Below are positions 9,258 through 17,344 of a stretch of 32,000 bases of DNA, one piece after another. Location: NCBI RefSeq assembly GCF_003945235.1, contig NZ_RSDW01000001.1, positions 1,800,001 to 1,832,000 of the forward strand, given 5' to 3'. Positions within the stretch are counted from its first letter, which is position 1. Each line of letters opens with the position of its first letter. Below the pieces are notes generated by a model. It saw only the letters and a list, made by a program, of their open reading frames with translations. It had not been told where the DNA came from and searched no databases. The stretch comes from Edaphobacter aggregans (GTDB lineage Bacteria > Acidobacteriota > Terriglobia > Terriglobales > Acidobacteriaceae). The position numbers were made by a program, and so were the translations under genes.

Positions 9258-10049
9258 CTACTCAGCCAGCTTGAAGATGCGTATCTGTACCAGCTTGCTG
9301 ATTGTCAGGTTATTGAACCCCTTCGCCTGCATGCGCTGAATAAAGTCGGGCGTAACTTTGAAGATGCGCATCTGAATGAGTTCATCGACCGTTGGCTTAT
9401 AACCCATCGCCTGCACCTGCTTGATGTCGGTTGTATCCACCCCATGGATGCTCATTGCGATAAGTTTCTCCGCCGGGAGCTTCGGATATCCGAGCGCCGC
9501 CAGCCTTTCGGCATAGTCTGAATTGACCTTAAATATCTTCAGCGCGATCAGGTTGCTGGCGTCGATGCCAGTGACGCCAGCCTCCTGCAGCGACTTCACC
9601 CACGAGGCCTCGATGTGAAACAGCGTGTACGCCTCGAGCTTCTCCGAGTCGACACCGGTAATCCCCAGCTCTTTCATCCGGGCCACAAAGGCCCGGTTCG
9701 GTACGAATGTAAAGTCTCCCGTTAGCTTGGAGTCGTGGATGCTTCCCGAGCAAGTGAGACGGCCAGCCTCAGCTGTCAGTACCGCGTCGATGCGTGCTCC
9801 CTCTCGACGCAGATCGTCGATTGTCAATCCGGCGAAAGCATTCAGAGGCTGTTGCATGTTGCTCTCGTGGCAGTCTTTGTGATCTACGCACGTACCCCGA
9901 TCCAGTCTCAGGTCGAAGCGATCCGGCTCCGTTGAGACAGCGATACTGCATGTCCCTCTGAGCGTGTTGAGAATCTCATCTGCGCGCAGTGAGACGATAC
10001 CGAGCGCGATCAGCAACACGCCAAGAAATTGGTTGCGAAATCTCATCAT
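9258..10049 (-). CDS. secreted protein made largely of the same ~29-aa repeat found at the C-terminus of the upstream BlaR1-like sensor
   Basis: Signal peptide MMRFRNQFLGVLLIALGIVSLRA. There are 5 repeats of the type LIAMSIHGVDTTDIKQVQAMGYKPTVDE / LIQMRIFKVTPDFIQRMQAKGFNNLTISK. The start overlaps the BlaR1-like stop (ATGA at 10046-10049). Confidence 0.65.
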   Translation of the reverse strand: MMRFRNQFLGVLLIALGIVSLRADEILNTLRGTCSIAVSTEPDRFDLRLDRGTCVDHKDCHESNMQQPLNAFAGLTIDDLRREGARIDAVLTAEAGRLTCSGSIHDSKLTGDFTFVPNRAFVARMKELGITGVDSEKLEAYTLFHIEASWVKSLQEAGVTGIDASNLIALKIFKVNSDYAERLAALGYPKLPAEKLIAMSIHGVDTTDIKQVQAMGYKPTVDELIQMRIFKVTPDFIQRMQAKGFNNLTISKLVQIRIFKLAE

Positions 10050-11986
10050 CTCTTCTCCGATCTCTGGTTGTCGTCATCCAGAATGCCCGAAATACGAAGC
10101 TTTACGAGCTTCTCGATAGTTAGGTTGTCGAAGCCGTGGCTCTTTGCAGAAGCTACAAACGCATCATCGATGCGAAAGATGCGAAGCTGTACAAGCTGAT
10201 CGAGCGTCACGTCTGGGAACTGGCGCTTCGTTGTTTGAATAAACTCGGGCGTGACACCCTGAACGCGTAAGGCCACTAGCTTCTTCGGAGGAATCGAGCT
10301 GAATCCAGCAGCCTTCATTGCGGCAACAAACTCGGGCGTGACATTGAATATCTTGTAAGAGGTAAGGTCATGAAAGGAGGTCGGTTCAATACCCATTCCT
10401 TTCAGTTCTTTGACGTACTCCGGTGTTACACCAAAGATTTTCAGCGACACGAGCTCTTCGGCGGTCGGTTTACCGAATCCAACCTCGCTCATACTTCGTG
10501 CGTACTCTGGCGTGACGCCCTGTATCTTCATCGCCACATACTTGTCGAGATCGGCGTTGTAGCCAGCGGCACGCATCGCGGAGATGTAATCGACCTTTGG
10601 GGAGGCTGTGTTCACTGCATCCTGAGCTGCCACAAAGGCAAAGGCTGGCATAGCTTCAGGTGTCGGCAGTGAATCCAACGCTGGCCGAGGAACGACAATT
10701 GCCGCGGGCTGTACGAAGAAAGTCTTCATCGTCGGGGCGATAACTGGAACAACCGGCGGAACAGGACTCTCTACAGCAGCTACAACCGGAGTAGCTGGCG
10801 CTTTCTTATGAGCAAGTGCTTGCATGAAAGCAGTTTTTGGTTCGCACTTCACACCGTCCGGCACAAACACATGCATACCGTGGCCGGGATAGACCGTCGC
10901 AGCCGTCAGGACTGGCTTCTCAGCAGCAACGCGATCCGCGAAGACGTGGGGCAGCGGCAACAAGAACAAGCCAACCATCGCGCAAACTCCGACCAGTGAG
11001 AGTGGCGCAATCTCACGCCGCTTCTCTGGAGCATCGCCGAGGATACGAACGATGCGCTCCCGCAGGCTCATACCAGCGCGGTGGCCATCCAACGCCATGG
11101 CGAGATGCAAGTGCGAACTACGCTGCTCTTCCAGACGAAGCAGCGCAGTAGCGTAGACGACCGGATCGGAGCAGCACGCCAGCGCAACATCGTCGCAGCA
11201 TAGCTCTCGCTGCTGGCGAAGGTTATTGCTAACCCACCACACGGCCGGGTGGAAAAAGAAGAGCGTCTCAACCATGGTCTGAATCATGTTCCATAGGTAA
11301 TCACCGCGACGGATGTGCGCCAGCTCATGCGCGAGCACTACCTCCAACTGATCCGGGCTAAGCGCCGTCAGCGCTGACGCAGGCAGCAATACCAGCGAGC
11401 GAAACACACCCATCGCCAGCGGTCCAGAGATTCGTGGGCAGACATACAATTCGATTTGTCTCTTGATGCCGATGCGTTGGGACAAGCGCTCGAAGCTGTC
11501 GCGTACACGCTCGGGAATTTCGATGAGGCCTGCGTGACGCAACTGGCGAATCCGTCTCCACCCGCCAAGGGTGCGCACGGACAAGAGGAATACGCCCACG
11601 AGCCACATGGCATCGAGCCACGGCATCGCCTTCACTAAAGATGCTGATAGCGCTGAAAGATCGGGCCGCGTCATGGACTTTGCTGCTACTGCATCGGCTG
11701 TTACGGGCGCAGGATCTACATAGTTCATGACACCGTGAAGAGTCTCTGCAATGCTGACGGTTTGGGTGAGCGCTCCCTGTTGTCGTGTCTGTATCTCTTC
11801 ATAGCCGAGGGTCACCACGGCCGCCGCAAACATGCTCATCAGCGCGACCAACGCCAGGGTATAGCGGATGTGGCTGCGCGACTTCGCAAATGCGAGATCG
11901 ACCACGCGATAGAGCAGCGCAATCACTGCGGCCTGCCAGCAGAAGTGTACGAGTGTCCAGCCCAATGCTTCCATCGAGTAGTTCAT
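10046..11986 (-). CDS. BlaR1/MecR1-family M56 peptidase-type transmembrane signal transducer with non-canonical C-terminal repeat sensor domain
   Basis: N-terminal TM helices. Zinc-protease motif VLAHELAHIRRGDYLWN. Pro-rich linker. Six ~29-aa repeats (LVSLKIFGVTPEYVKELKGMGIEPTSFHD and similar) encoded at about 10046-10603. The ATGA overlap with the upstream BlaI-like gene is at 11983-11986. Confidence 0.85.
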   Translation of the reverse strand: MNYSMEALGWTLVHFCWQAAVIALLYRVVDLAFAKSRSHIRYTLALVALMSMFAAAVVTLGYEEIQTRQQGALTQTVSIAETLHGVMNYVDPAPVTADAVAAKSMTRPDLSALSASLVKAMPWLDAMWLVGVFLLSVRTLGGWRRIRQLRHAGLIEIPERVRDSFERLSQRIGIKRQIELYVCPRISGPLAMGVFRSLVLLPASALTALSPDQLEVVLAHELAHIRRGDYLWNMIQTMVETLFFFHPAVWWVSNNLRQQRELCCDDVALACCSDPVVYATALLRLEEQRSSHLHLAMALDGHRAGMSLRERIVRILGDAPEKRREIAPLSLVGVCAMVGLFLLPLPHVFADRVAAEKPVLTAATVYPGHGMHVFVPDGVKCEPKTAFMQALAHKKAPATPVVAAVESPVPPVVPVIAPTMKTFFVQPAAIVVPRPALDSLPTPEAMPAFAFVAAQDAVNTASPKVDYISAMRAAGYNADLDKYVAMKIQGVTPEYARSMSEVGFGKPTAEELVSLKIFGVTPEYVKELKGMGIEPTSFHDLTSYKIFNVTPEFVAAMKAAGFSSIPPKKLVALRVQGVTPEFIQTTKRQFPDVTLDQLVQLRIFRIDDAFVASAKSHGFDNLTIEKLVKLRISGILDDDNQRSEKR

Positions 11987-12372
11987 TGCCTCTCCCTTTT
12001 CTGCTTGATGATCTTCCGAATCTCTTCCAGTTCTTCCGCGCTGGCCGGCTGCATCGAAAGCGCATGCATGGCGAGTTGCGCCGCCGACCCCGCAAACAGC
12101 CGCTCGCTCAGATCGCGCAGCAGCTGGCTCTGGGTCTCCTCCTGGCTTGCCGCGGCGCGATAGATGTGAGCCTTGCCCGCCTCCTCGCGCTCCACCAGGC
12201 CCTTCTCCGTCATGATCTGCAGCGTCTTCAACACCGAGGTGTATCCCAATGTGCGCTGCTGACTGACGACTTCATACAATTCACGCACTGTAGCGGAGTC
12301 CTTTTCCCACAGCGCCCGCAGCAGTTCAAGTTCAACTTCCGTGGGCTTCGGCAAATGACGTTTCGTTTCCAT
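11983..12372 (-). CDS. BlaI/MecI/CopY-family winged-helix transcriptional repressor
   Basis: 129 aa. The N-terminus LPKPTEVELELLRALWEKDSATVRELYEVV...GYTSVLKTLQIMTEKGLVER is typical of the family. It lies directly upstream of, and is coupled to, an M56 sensor gene. Confidence 0.85.
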   Translation of the reverse strand: METKRHLPKPTEVELELLRALWEKDSATVRELYEVVSQQRTLGYTSVLKTLQIMTEKGLVEREEAGKAHIYRAAASQEETQSQLLRDLSERLFAGSAAQLAMHALSMQPASAEELEEIRKIIKQKRERQ

Positions 12373-12381
12373 GTCAGGAAC

Positions 12382-12423
12382 TCTATACGAAGGTATTCGT
12401 AGATGTCAACGAAAACCTTCGTA
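12382..12423 (-). promoter_or_regulatory. sigma70-like promoter with two tandem dyad operators upstream of the BlaI-like gene
   Basis: On the coding strand: TTGACA (12404-12409), a 16-nt spacer, TATAGA (12382-12387), 9 nt, then ATG. Dyad 1 is TACGAAggtaTTCGTA (12386-12401, inside the spacer). Dyad 2 is AACGAAaaccTTCGTA (12408-12423, over and upstream of the -35). The dyad centres are 22 bp apart. Confidence 0.5.
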
Positions 12424-12501
12424 GAACGATTAAATATTTTTGAACTCCGCTCCCATTCCTGAGTCGAGTGCAACGAGCAGATTGGCGAAGAGGAGGCGGC
12501 A

Positions 12502-12693
12502 TCAAAAAGAATAGTTTGCGCCGAAGTTGTTGTCCCAGAACGTGCTGCCGTTGACATTGTAGAAACGGCGAATTGGCCTCGCAGTTCCAACGAACGTAGA
12601 GATCTGCCAGCGTTCAGCATTGGGTTGATTTGGAGCGTTCAACCGTGGGAAGTTTCCTCCAATGTGCCTAGTTCGATGTGGACCGCCACCCAG
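12502..12693 (-). pseudogene. relic C-terminus of an outer-membrane beta-barrel (TonB-receptor/porin-type) gene
   Basis: The minus-strand frame ending in TGA at 12502-12504 reads ...GGNFPRLNAPNQPNAERWQISTFVGTARPIRRFYNVNGSTFWDNNFGANYSF*, which ends in an OMP beta-signal (YxF). Only 63 codons are open before an upstream in-frame stop, and there is no start or N-terminal part. Confidence 0.4.
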
Positions 12694-13136
12694 TTAAGTA
12701 GAAGATGCCAACCTGCTTGACGAAGGCGAGGTTCCTCACCAGGACGTCAACTATCAGTTGACCGCCATCGACCCTGCGACCTACAAACACTACGTTGGGG
12801 CGAGAATGGCGCTGCCGGCTCCGTCTTCTTCTTCGGCTGCACGTGTGTCAAGCAGGTAGTTGAATCCGGGAGTTGTTGTCCCACAACGTATTACCGAGAA
12901 CGAAGTACCGGATGACGAACTGATCAACCAAAACTAAATTTTGAAGCACTTAACAGTGCCGGCCTATCCATCACGCTCCCAGACGAGGTTGAGATTATCG
13001 GAGCTGCGTCGGGCATGTTGCCAATTTTCTGAGAGGACGGAACCCGAGAAATTCCGCCCTCACTCACTGGAACGACGTTAGTAAGCACACCTGAGCCGAG
13101 CATGTTTGCCTTGACTCTACTATGAGCCAACTCGCC

Positions 13137-13904
13137 TTATTCGTTGAGGTTCGCCGTTGCCACTGCGTTGTCCACCACCTTGACCCACTTCGGATCGGGC
13201 GAAGTGGAAGTGGCGTATTCGTCGTGCCAGTTCCACCACTTGTACGGTGCGGTTTGCGGATAGCCCTCCGGTGAGTCCTCCCACACCTCCTGGCGTCCGA
13301 GCGGAGTGAGATCGAGATAGTTCCAGGTGCTGCCCATCGCCTCGTCGCCGCGGTCGTGGATGAAGTAAGTACGGAAGATGCGGTTGTCGCTGTCGCGGAA
13401 GAAAACATTGTGGCCGTGCCACTCATCAACGCCGAAGTCTTTATCGAAGTCGTCGGTGATGGTGTACCAAGGCATCTCCCACTCCATCCGCGCCTTCAAG
13501 CGCTCGATGTCTGTCTGCGGCGCGCGCGAGACGTATGCGAGCGTGGTGTCGCGCGCGTTCAGATGTGAAAGGTGAGAGACCTGATCTGCACCCAGGGAAC
13601 AACCGCGGCAGGCATGATCAGGCCAGCCGAACACACCGGGCTCAAAAAACGCGCGGTAGACGATCAGCTGAGGGCGTTCCTCAAACAAGTCGAGCAGGCT
13701 GACCTTGCCATTTGGCCCATCGAAAACATACTCTTTCTCTACAACCATCCACGGCATCCGCCGACGCGCGGCGGCCATTGCATCACGGGCGCGGGTCAAT
13801 TCCTTCTCCTTCACCAGCAGTTGCTGGCGCGCCGCCTCCCACTCCTGCGGAGACACGATCGGTGGCGTCTTCATCTTTGTCTGAGTTTCCTTGTTCTCGT
13901 CCAT
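13137..13904 (-). CDS. DUF899 family thioredoxin-like protein
   Basis: MKTPPIVSPQEWEAARQQLLVKEKELTRARDAMAAARRRMPWMVVEKEYVFDGPNGKVSLLDLF...WPDHACRGCSL is the typical DUF899 sequence. The 300-aa track ORF is over-extended. The ATG at 13902-13904 has caAGGAGAaaac upstream. An alternative start at 13872-13874 overlaps the stop of the small upstream ORF (ATGA). Confidence 0.8.
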   Translation of the reverse strand: MDENKETQTKMKTPPIVSPQEWEAARQQLLVKEKELTRARDAMAAARRRMPWMVVEKEYVFDGPNGKVSLLDLFEERPQLIVYRAFFEPGVFGWPDHACRGCSLGADQVSHLSHLNARDTTLAYVSRAPQTDIERLKARMEWEMPWYTITDDFDKDFGVDEWHGHNVFFRDSDNRIFRTYFIHDRGDEAMGSTWNYLDLTPLGRQEVWEDSPEGYPQTAPYKWWNWHDEYATSTSPDPKWVKVVDNAVATANLNE

Positions 13905-14041
13905 GTTTTCTCCTTGTTCGTGGGTTCTGTTGCTGGTTCCTGATTCTTGCGGAGCCTCTTCATAACCAGCGCGGAGAGGCCGCCCGTCGAGGTCGTGCCC
14001 GCGGCGATCCAGGCCACGGTAGCGATACATATCGGGCACAT
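13871..14041 (-). CDS. candidate small (56 aa) single-pass membrane protein with N-terminal CPxC
   Basis: The ATG at 14039-14041 is preceded by gcgaaAAGGAGaacct (strong SD, 5-nt spacing), 17 nt after the SRPBCC stop. The product is MCPICIATVAWIAAGTTSTGGLSALVMKRLRKNQEPATEPTNKEKTWTRTRKLRQR, a hydrophobic helix followed by a basic tail. Its stop TGA overlaps an in-frame ATG of the DUF899 gene (ATGA at 13871-13874). Confidence 0.45.
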   Translation of the reverse strand: MCPICIATVAWIAAGTTSTGGLSALVMKRLRKNQEPATEPTNKEKTWTRTRKLRQR

Positions 14042-14057
14042 AGGTTCTCCTTTTCGC

Positions 14058-14513
14058 TCAACGCTTGCGGCCACGCTTCTCTGCCGCTGTGCGGATCCGC
14101 GTGATCAGGTCTGTCCATCCGACATCGACACCGCGATCTGCATCACCGACCCACCCCATCGCGCGGTGTACAAATCGGACCCGGGTCAATCCGTTCTCTT
14201 CGGTAAGGCGGTACTGAATATTCGAGACCGCCGGCGTCGACATAAACAGCGGCCCGCATATCTCCAGCAGTGACGGCGGCTTGATCGCCTGCACCACGCC
14301 CCAGAAGTGTCCCGTGTTTTCTCCCAGATCGCGAAACCAACGCCCACCCGGCCATGCCTCCAACTTCATAGGCATCGGTTTCTCCGGGGTCGAGTTCAGT
14401 GGGCCCATCTGCTCCAGAATCGTTTCGAACACGATGTCGATCGGCGCCGCAATCTCTTCCTGCTTCACAATCTCGAAAGCCTGAACCACCTGCTCCTGAA
14501 TCGTCGCTGCCAT
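14058..14513 (-). CDS. SRPBCC superfamily protein (AHSA1/activator-of-Hsp90-ATPase-like)
   Basis: 151 aa. ...EIAAPIDIVFETILEQMGP...WPGGRWFRDLGENTGHFWGVVQAIKPPSLLEICGPLFMS...YRLTEENGLTRVRFVH is typical of the ArsR-adjacent SRPBCC proteins. The start shares 1 nt with the ArsR stop (TAATG). Confidence 0.8.
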   Translation of the reverse strand: MAATIQEQVVQAFEIVKQEEIAAPIDIVFETILEQMGPLNSTPEKPMPMKLEAWPGGRWFRDLGENTGHFWGVVQAIKPPSLLEICGPLFMSTPAVSNIQYRLTEENGLTRVRFVHRAMGWVGDADRGVDVGWTDLITRIRTAAEKRGRKR

Positions 14514-14881
14514 TACTCCTCCTTTGTCCCGTTGTCGCTTGAAATCATCCGTTCCAGAGCCTTGCGCTCCGCCCGCTCCTTGATCTGCCCCAGTTGATGG
14601 GTCCAGTACCGCTCAAACATCTTCACCCAGTCGTGCACCGGTTTCAGCTCAGCCGCATTCAACCGGTACATGCGGTGCTGTCCGCGCTTGATCACCGATA
14701 CCACGCCAACCTTGCGCAAAACACCCAGGTGTTTCGAAACCGTCGGCTGCGACATGCGCAATCGAACCACTACCTCGCCGACCGCATACTCTCTGCCATC
14801 GGCAAGCACACCTATCACTTCGCGCCGCCGGGGCTCTGCGATTGCGTTGAAGACGTCCGTTGTTGTTGCCGCCCGTGCCAT
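14513..14881 (-). CDS. ArsR/SmtB-family metalloregulator-type transcriptional repressor
   Basis: VFNAIAEPRRREVIGVLADGREYAVGEVVVRLRMSQPTVSKHLGVLRKVGVVSVIKRGQHRMYRLN is the canonical ArsR winged-HTH. Confidence 0.85.
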   Translation of the reverse strand: MARAATTTDVFNAIAEPRRREVIGVLADGREYAVGEVVVRLRMSQPTVSKHLGVLRKVGVVSVIKRGQHRMYRLNAAELKPVHDWVKMFERYWTHQLGQIKERAERKALERMISSDNGTKEE

Positions 14882-14887
14882 GGTTTG

Positions 14888-14915
14888 AATATATTCCCAT
14901 ATAAGAATATGTCAA
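14888..14915 (-). promoter_or_regulatory. sigma70-like promoter predicting a leaderless ArsR-operon mRNA, overlapped by AT-rich palindromes
   Basis: On the coding strand: TTGACA (14910-14915), a 16-nt spacer, TATATT (14888-14893), 6 nt, then ATG (14879-14881). The palindromes GAATATATTC (14887-14896) and CATATaagaATATG (14898-14911) lie within it. Confidence 0.5.
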
Positions 14916-15154
14916 GTTAATTCCGATACAGGACGTAGAAAATCGTATGGTGTTTGGTAAGTTGTGTTTTCGGAATGTTTTGACGGATGAGGGGTTCGAA
15001 CTATCGCAGCTATCGGCGTGCCCAATCTACCGGTCGGAAGAGGTTGGCTGCAGCACATGTGACTCCGGACCTGCTGCAGAGACCGGAGTAAATGTTAAGA
15101 CTTCTTGCGTCCGCTGACGTGGATGATCCGACGGCGAGAAATCGAAATCTCTGT

Positions 15155-15568
15155 CTATGGCTTGTAGATGAGGCCGATAGCTGCGCCGACTATAACCCAC
15201 TGAACGAAGTAGGCGATGCCCTGATAGAGCGTGAGCGTGATACCGATATTCAGATTGACATAGTTGTGAATAACGAAGGTGCAGACCGAGAAAATGCCGA
15301 TGAGTGCGCCGAGGTATACGCCGGAGGCGATGCCACCGCCTGCAGGATAAATTTTTGCGTAGAGAACAGCGACGACCACGATGCTGATCAGGATTGCGAC
15401 CATGCCGTAGGGCATAACTTTCATTATGCCGTCATGCGAGCGGTAGACGTGGGGGTACTTCATGAACTCGGATTTCATGGCTGGCACGGCACCGAATATG
15501 GCGAAGCCGTATATGAAGTAGGCGACGGTCGCGACCAGAGACGCGAAGACGATGCGGGAGTAGTTCAC
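15155..15568 (-). CDS. small 4-TM integral membrane protein (DUF1761-like by size and topology)
   Basis: 137-aa ORF with four hydrophobic segments (IVFASLVATVAYFIYGFAIFGAV, YGMVAILISIVVVAVLYA, GVYLGALIGIFSVCTFVI, IAYFVQWVIVGAAIGLIY). The family assignment is tentative. Confidence 0.55.
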   Translation of the reverse strand: MNYSRIVFASLVATVAYFIYGFAIFGAVPAMKSEFMKYPHVYRSHDGIMKVMPYGMVAILISIVVVAVLYAKIYPAGGGIASGVYLGALIGIFSVCTFVIHNYVNLNIGITLTLYQGIAYFVQWVIVGAAIGLIYKP

Positions 15569-15876
15569 AGCATTCCTTTTGAAGCGGAACTGCGTTCGCG
15601 GAGAATTTTATATTGTCGGTGATCCAACTTTGAATAAAGTTGAGAATTTCACGATTGCCAAAGAGGCCTTGCCATTCACTTGGACCTACGCTGGACTACG
15701 ATCACTAACGTGGCATGATCGATAATCCAGCAACGGTCCGACCTGCCGCCGCAGATACCTTGCTCCCCTGTATGCTTCTGATGTGCAAATCACCAACGAG
15801 GAAAGTGCTGAGGGCTGGATTGACTCATCAACCTCCGCACTGCGTTACTATGGCAAGCATAAGGCGGGTCGAAAGC

Positions 15877-16989
15877 ATGGCCACAGAGAACTACGAACTT
15901 ACTTGCGTTGCATCACGCCTACTTCCTGCTCGGAAGATCGTTGTCTCAATCTTCTACTTTCTATTCATCGCGGTCCCCGGATGTCGAAAGCCACACGACT
16001 TTACTGTCATTGCCTCTGTCAACGGAGAAGCAATTCGGCGATCAGAACTCGACCGTCTCTTCAAAGCCCAGCGACAGAGCTTTGGAGGCTCGCAGATGGA
16101 ACGCCAGGATCAGGCTGACAGTTCTCGTTTGAATCTTCTTAATTACCTTATTGATCAAACAATTCTTCAGCAGCGTGCAGCCAGGATGAACCTGACGGCG
16201 AAAGATGAGGATGTGGACACCAGGCTCCTAGCAATCAGGGAGCAGTACTCACAGGCGGAATTCACCCAACTACTGCTGGAGAGTCATCAAACAATAGACG
16301 ATCTGCGCCGTGATGTACGCCGCTATCTTACATTGGACAGGCTTCTGAATAAGGAGATAAATAGTAAGATCAGGGTCACCGATGCAGATGTTGAGCAATA
16401 TTTCAATGCACATCAGGCTCAATACAATCTGGCGGAAAACCGATATCGAATTGCTCAGATCGTCGTGATGGACCTTCGTGGAAAAAGTACGTTTGTACCG
16501 CAAGCCGGAGACCCACGAAGTGATGCCGAAGCCAGAATGAGAATAGAGATTTTAAGAAATCGCCTCACCGCCGGAGAAGATTTTGGCACAGTCGCGATCA
16601 GATATTCCGAGGATCAATCGGCTCAGAATGGGGGAGATGTCGGTTTCTTTTCGGAGTCGCAACTTCGGTCAGATCCACAAATTTATGACACTGTGACCAA
16701 ATTGAAGGTCGGGCAGTTCAGCAACATCTTGCACGTGAGCCCCACCACACTTACGCAACCAGTCTGCTACAAAATACTTAAATTGATCGCTCGTGACGTG
16801 GCGGGACGTCGCAGTCTTGATCCTCTCGTGCAGCAGGAAATTCACGATGAAATCCTAAATGAACGTTCACAGCTTCTTCAGATTGCCTATTTTCAGACAT
16901 TGCGCGACGGATCTAATATCCAGAATCACCTAGCTGAAGAAATATTCGCACAAGGCACGAGTAATTCGGTTAGTCCCGGCAAGAACTGA
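15877..16989 (+). CDS. SurA/PpiC-type peptidyl-prolyl isomerase, probable lipoprotein
   Basis: Lipobox-like FLFIAVPGC. SurA-N-like VNGEAIRRSELDRLFK. Parvulin motif GGDVGFFSESQLRSDPQIYDTVTKLKVGQFSNIL. The track ORF starts at 15715, but the signal peptide fits starts at 15850 or 15877. Noticeably AT-richer than the core genes. Confidence 0.7.
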   Translation: MATENYELTCVASRLLPARKIVVSIFYFLFIAVPGCRKPHDFTVIASVNGEAIRRSELDRLFKAQRQSFGGSQMERQDQADSSRLNLLNYLIDQTILQQRAARMNLTAKDEDVDTRLLAIREQYSQAEFTQLLLESHQTIDDLRRDVRRYLTLDRLLNKEINSKIRVTDADVEQYFNAHQAQYNLAENRYRIAQIVVMDLRGKSTFVPQAGDPRSDAEARMRIEILRNRLTAGEDFGTVAIRYSEDQSAQNGGDVGFFSESQLRSDPQIYDTVTKLKVGQFSNILHVSPTTLTQPVCYKILKLIARDVAGRRSLDPLVQQEIHDEILNERSQLLQIAYFQTLRDGSNIQNHLAEEIFAQGTSNSVSPGKN

Positions 16990-17344
16990 TGTCCCCTGGC
17001 ATCGTCTGGAGATGCTAAGGACAATTATTCGCACTTCCATTGTCAGCCGAAGCGAAGTCACTGCGGATGATGTGGGTTCCAGGTTTGCAGTGGGCTTCAC
17101 TTGTACTGGAAGTAAGAGAGCAGCGTCGTTCGCGGATTATGGGGCAAGTCATTTTTCAATAACTTAGCTAGTACGCTGAAAAGCACAAAGTGATGTGTTG
17201 GCCCACCAGAAATGGAAACCGTCGGAAAAATTGCTGTGACTTCGACATGGACGGCACTTCAGCAAAATCCATTTCAATCTGGATCGCTGGCGGTAATGGC
17301 CATCTGCATGTCAAAATCACTAATTACCGGTAGTTGACTCGAAA

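Noticed and set aside
12228-12620. 130-aa - strand ORF spanning the blaI-like 5' end, its promoter and the barrel relic
   Set aside because: It runs through the promoter and operator region and out of frame over two other features. It has no SD and no recognisable sequence.
13947-14273. The upstream extension of the DUF899 ORF to 14039, and + strand ORFs 13572-14104
   Set aside because: The extension (MPDMYRYRGLDRRGHDLDGRPL…) has no DUF899 similarity and overlaps a better small-ORF candidate. The + strand ORFs are antisense shadows.
14975-15030. GAGGGGTTCGAAC, a tRNA T-loop-like sequence that might be a tRNA fragment or the left att repeat of the island
   Set aside because: The flanking bases do not form a T-stem or acceptor stem on either strand. 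Similarity to the tRNA-Ala 3' end (gagcgggatcgaaccgctgacc) is only about 60% and is gapped.
17213-17338. 41-codon ORF (METVGKIAVTSTWTALQQNPF…) ending 8 nt before the STAND gene
   Set aside because: It has no Shine-Dalgarno and no recognisable features. It is too short to judge without conservation data.
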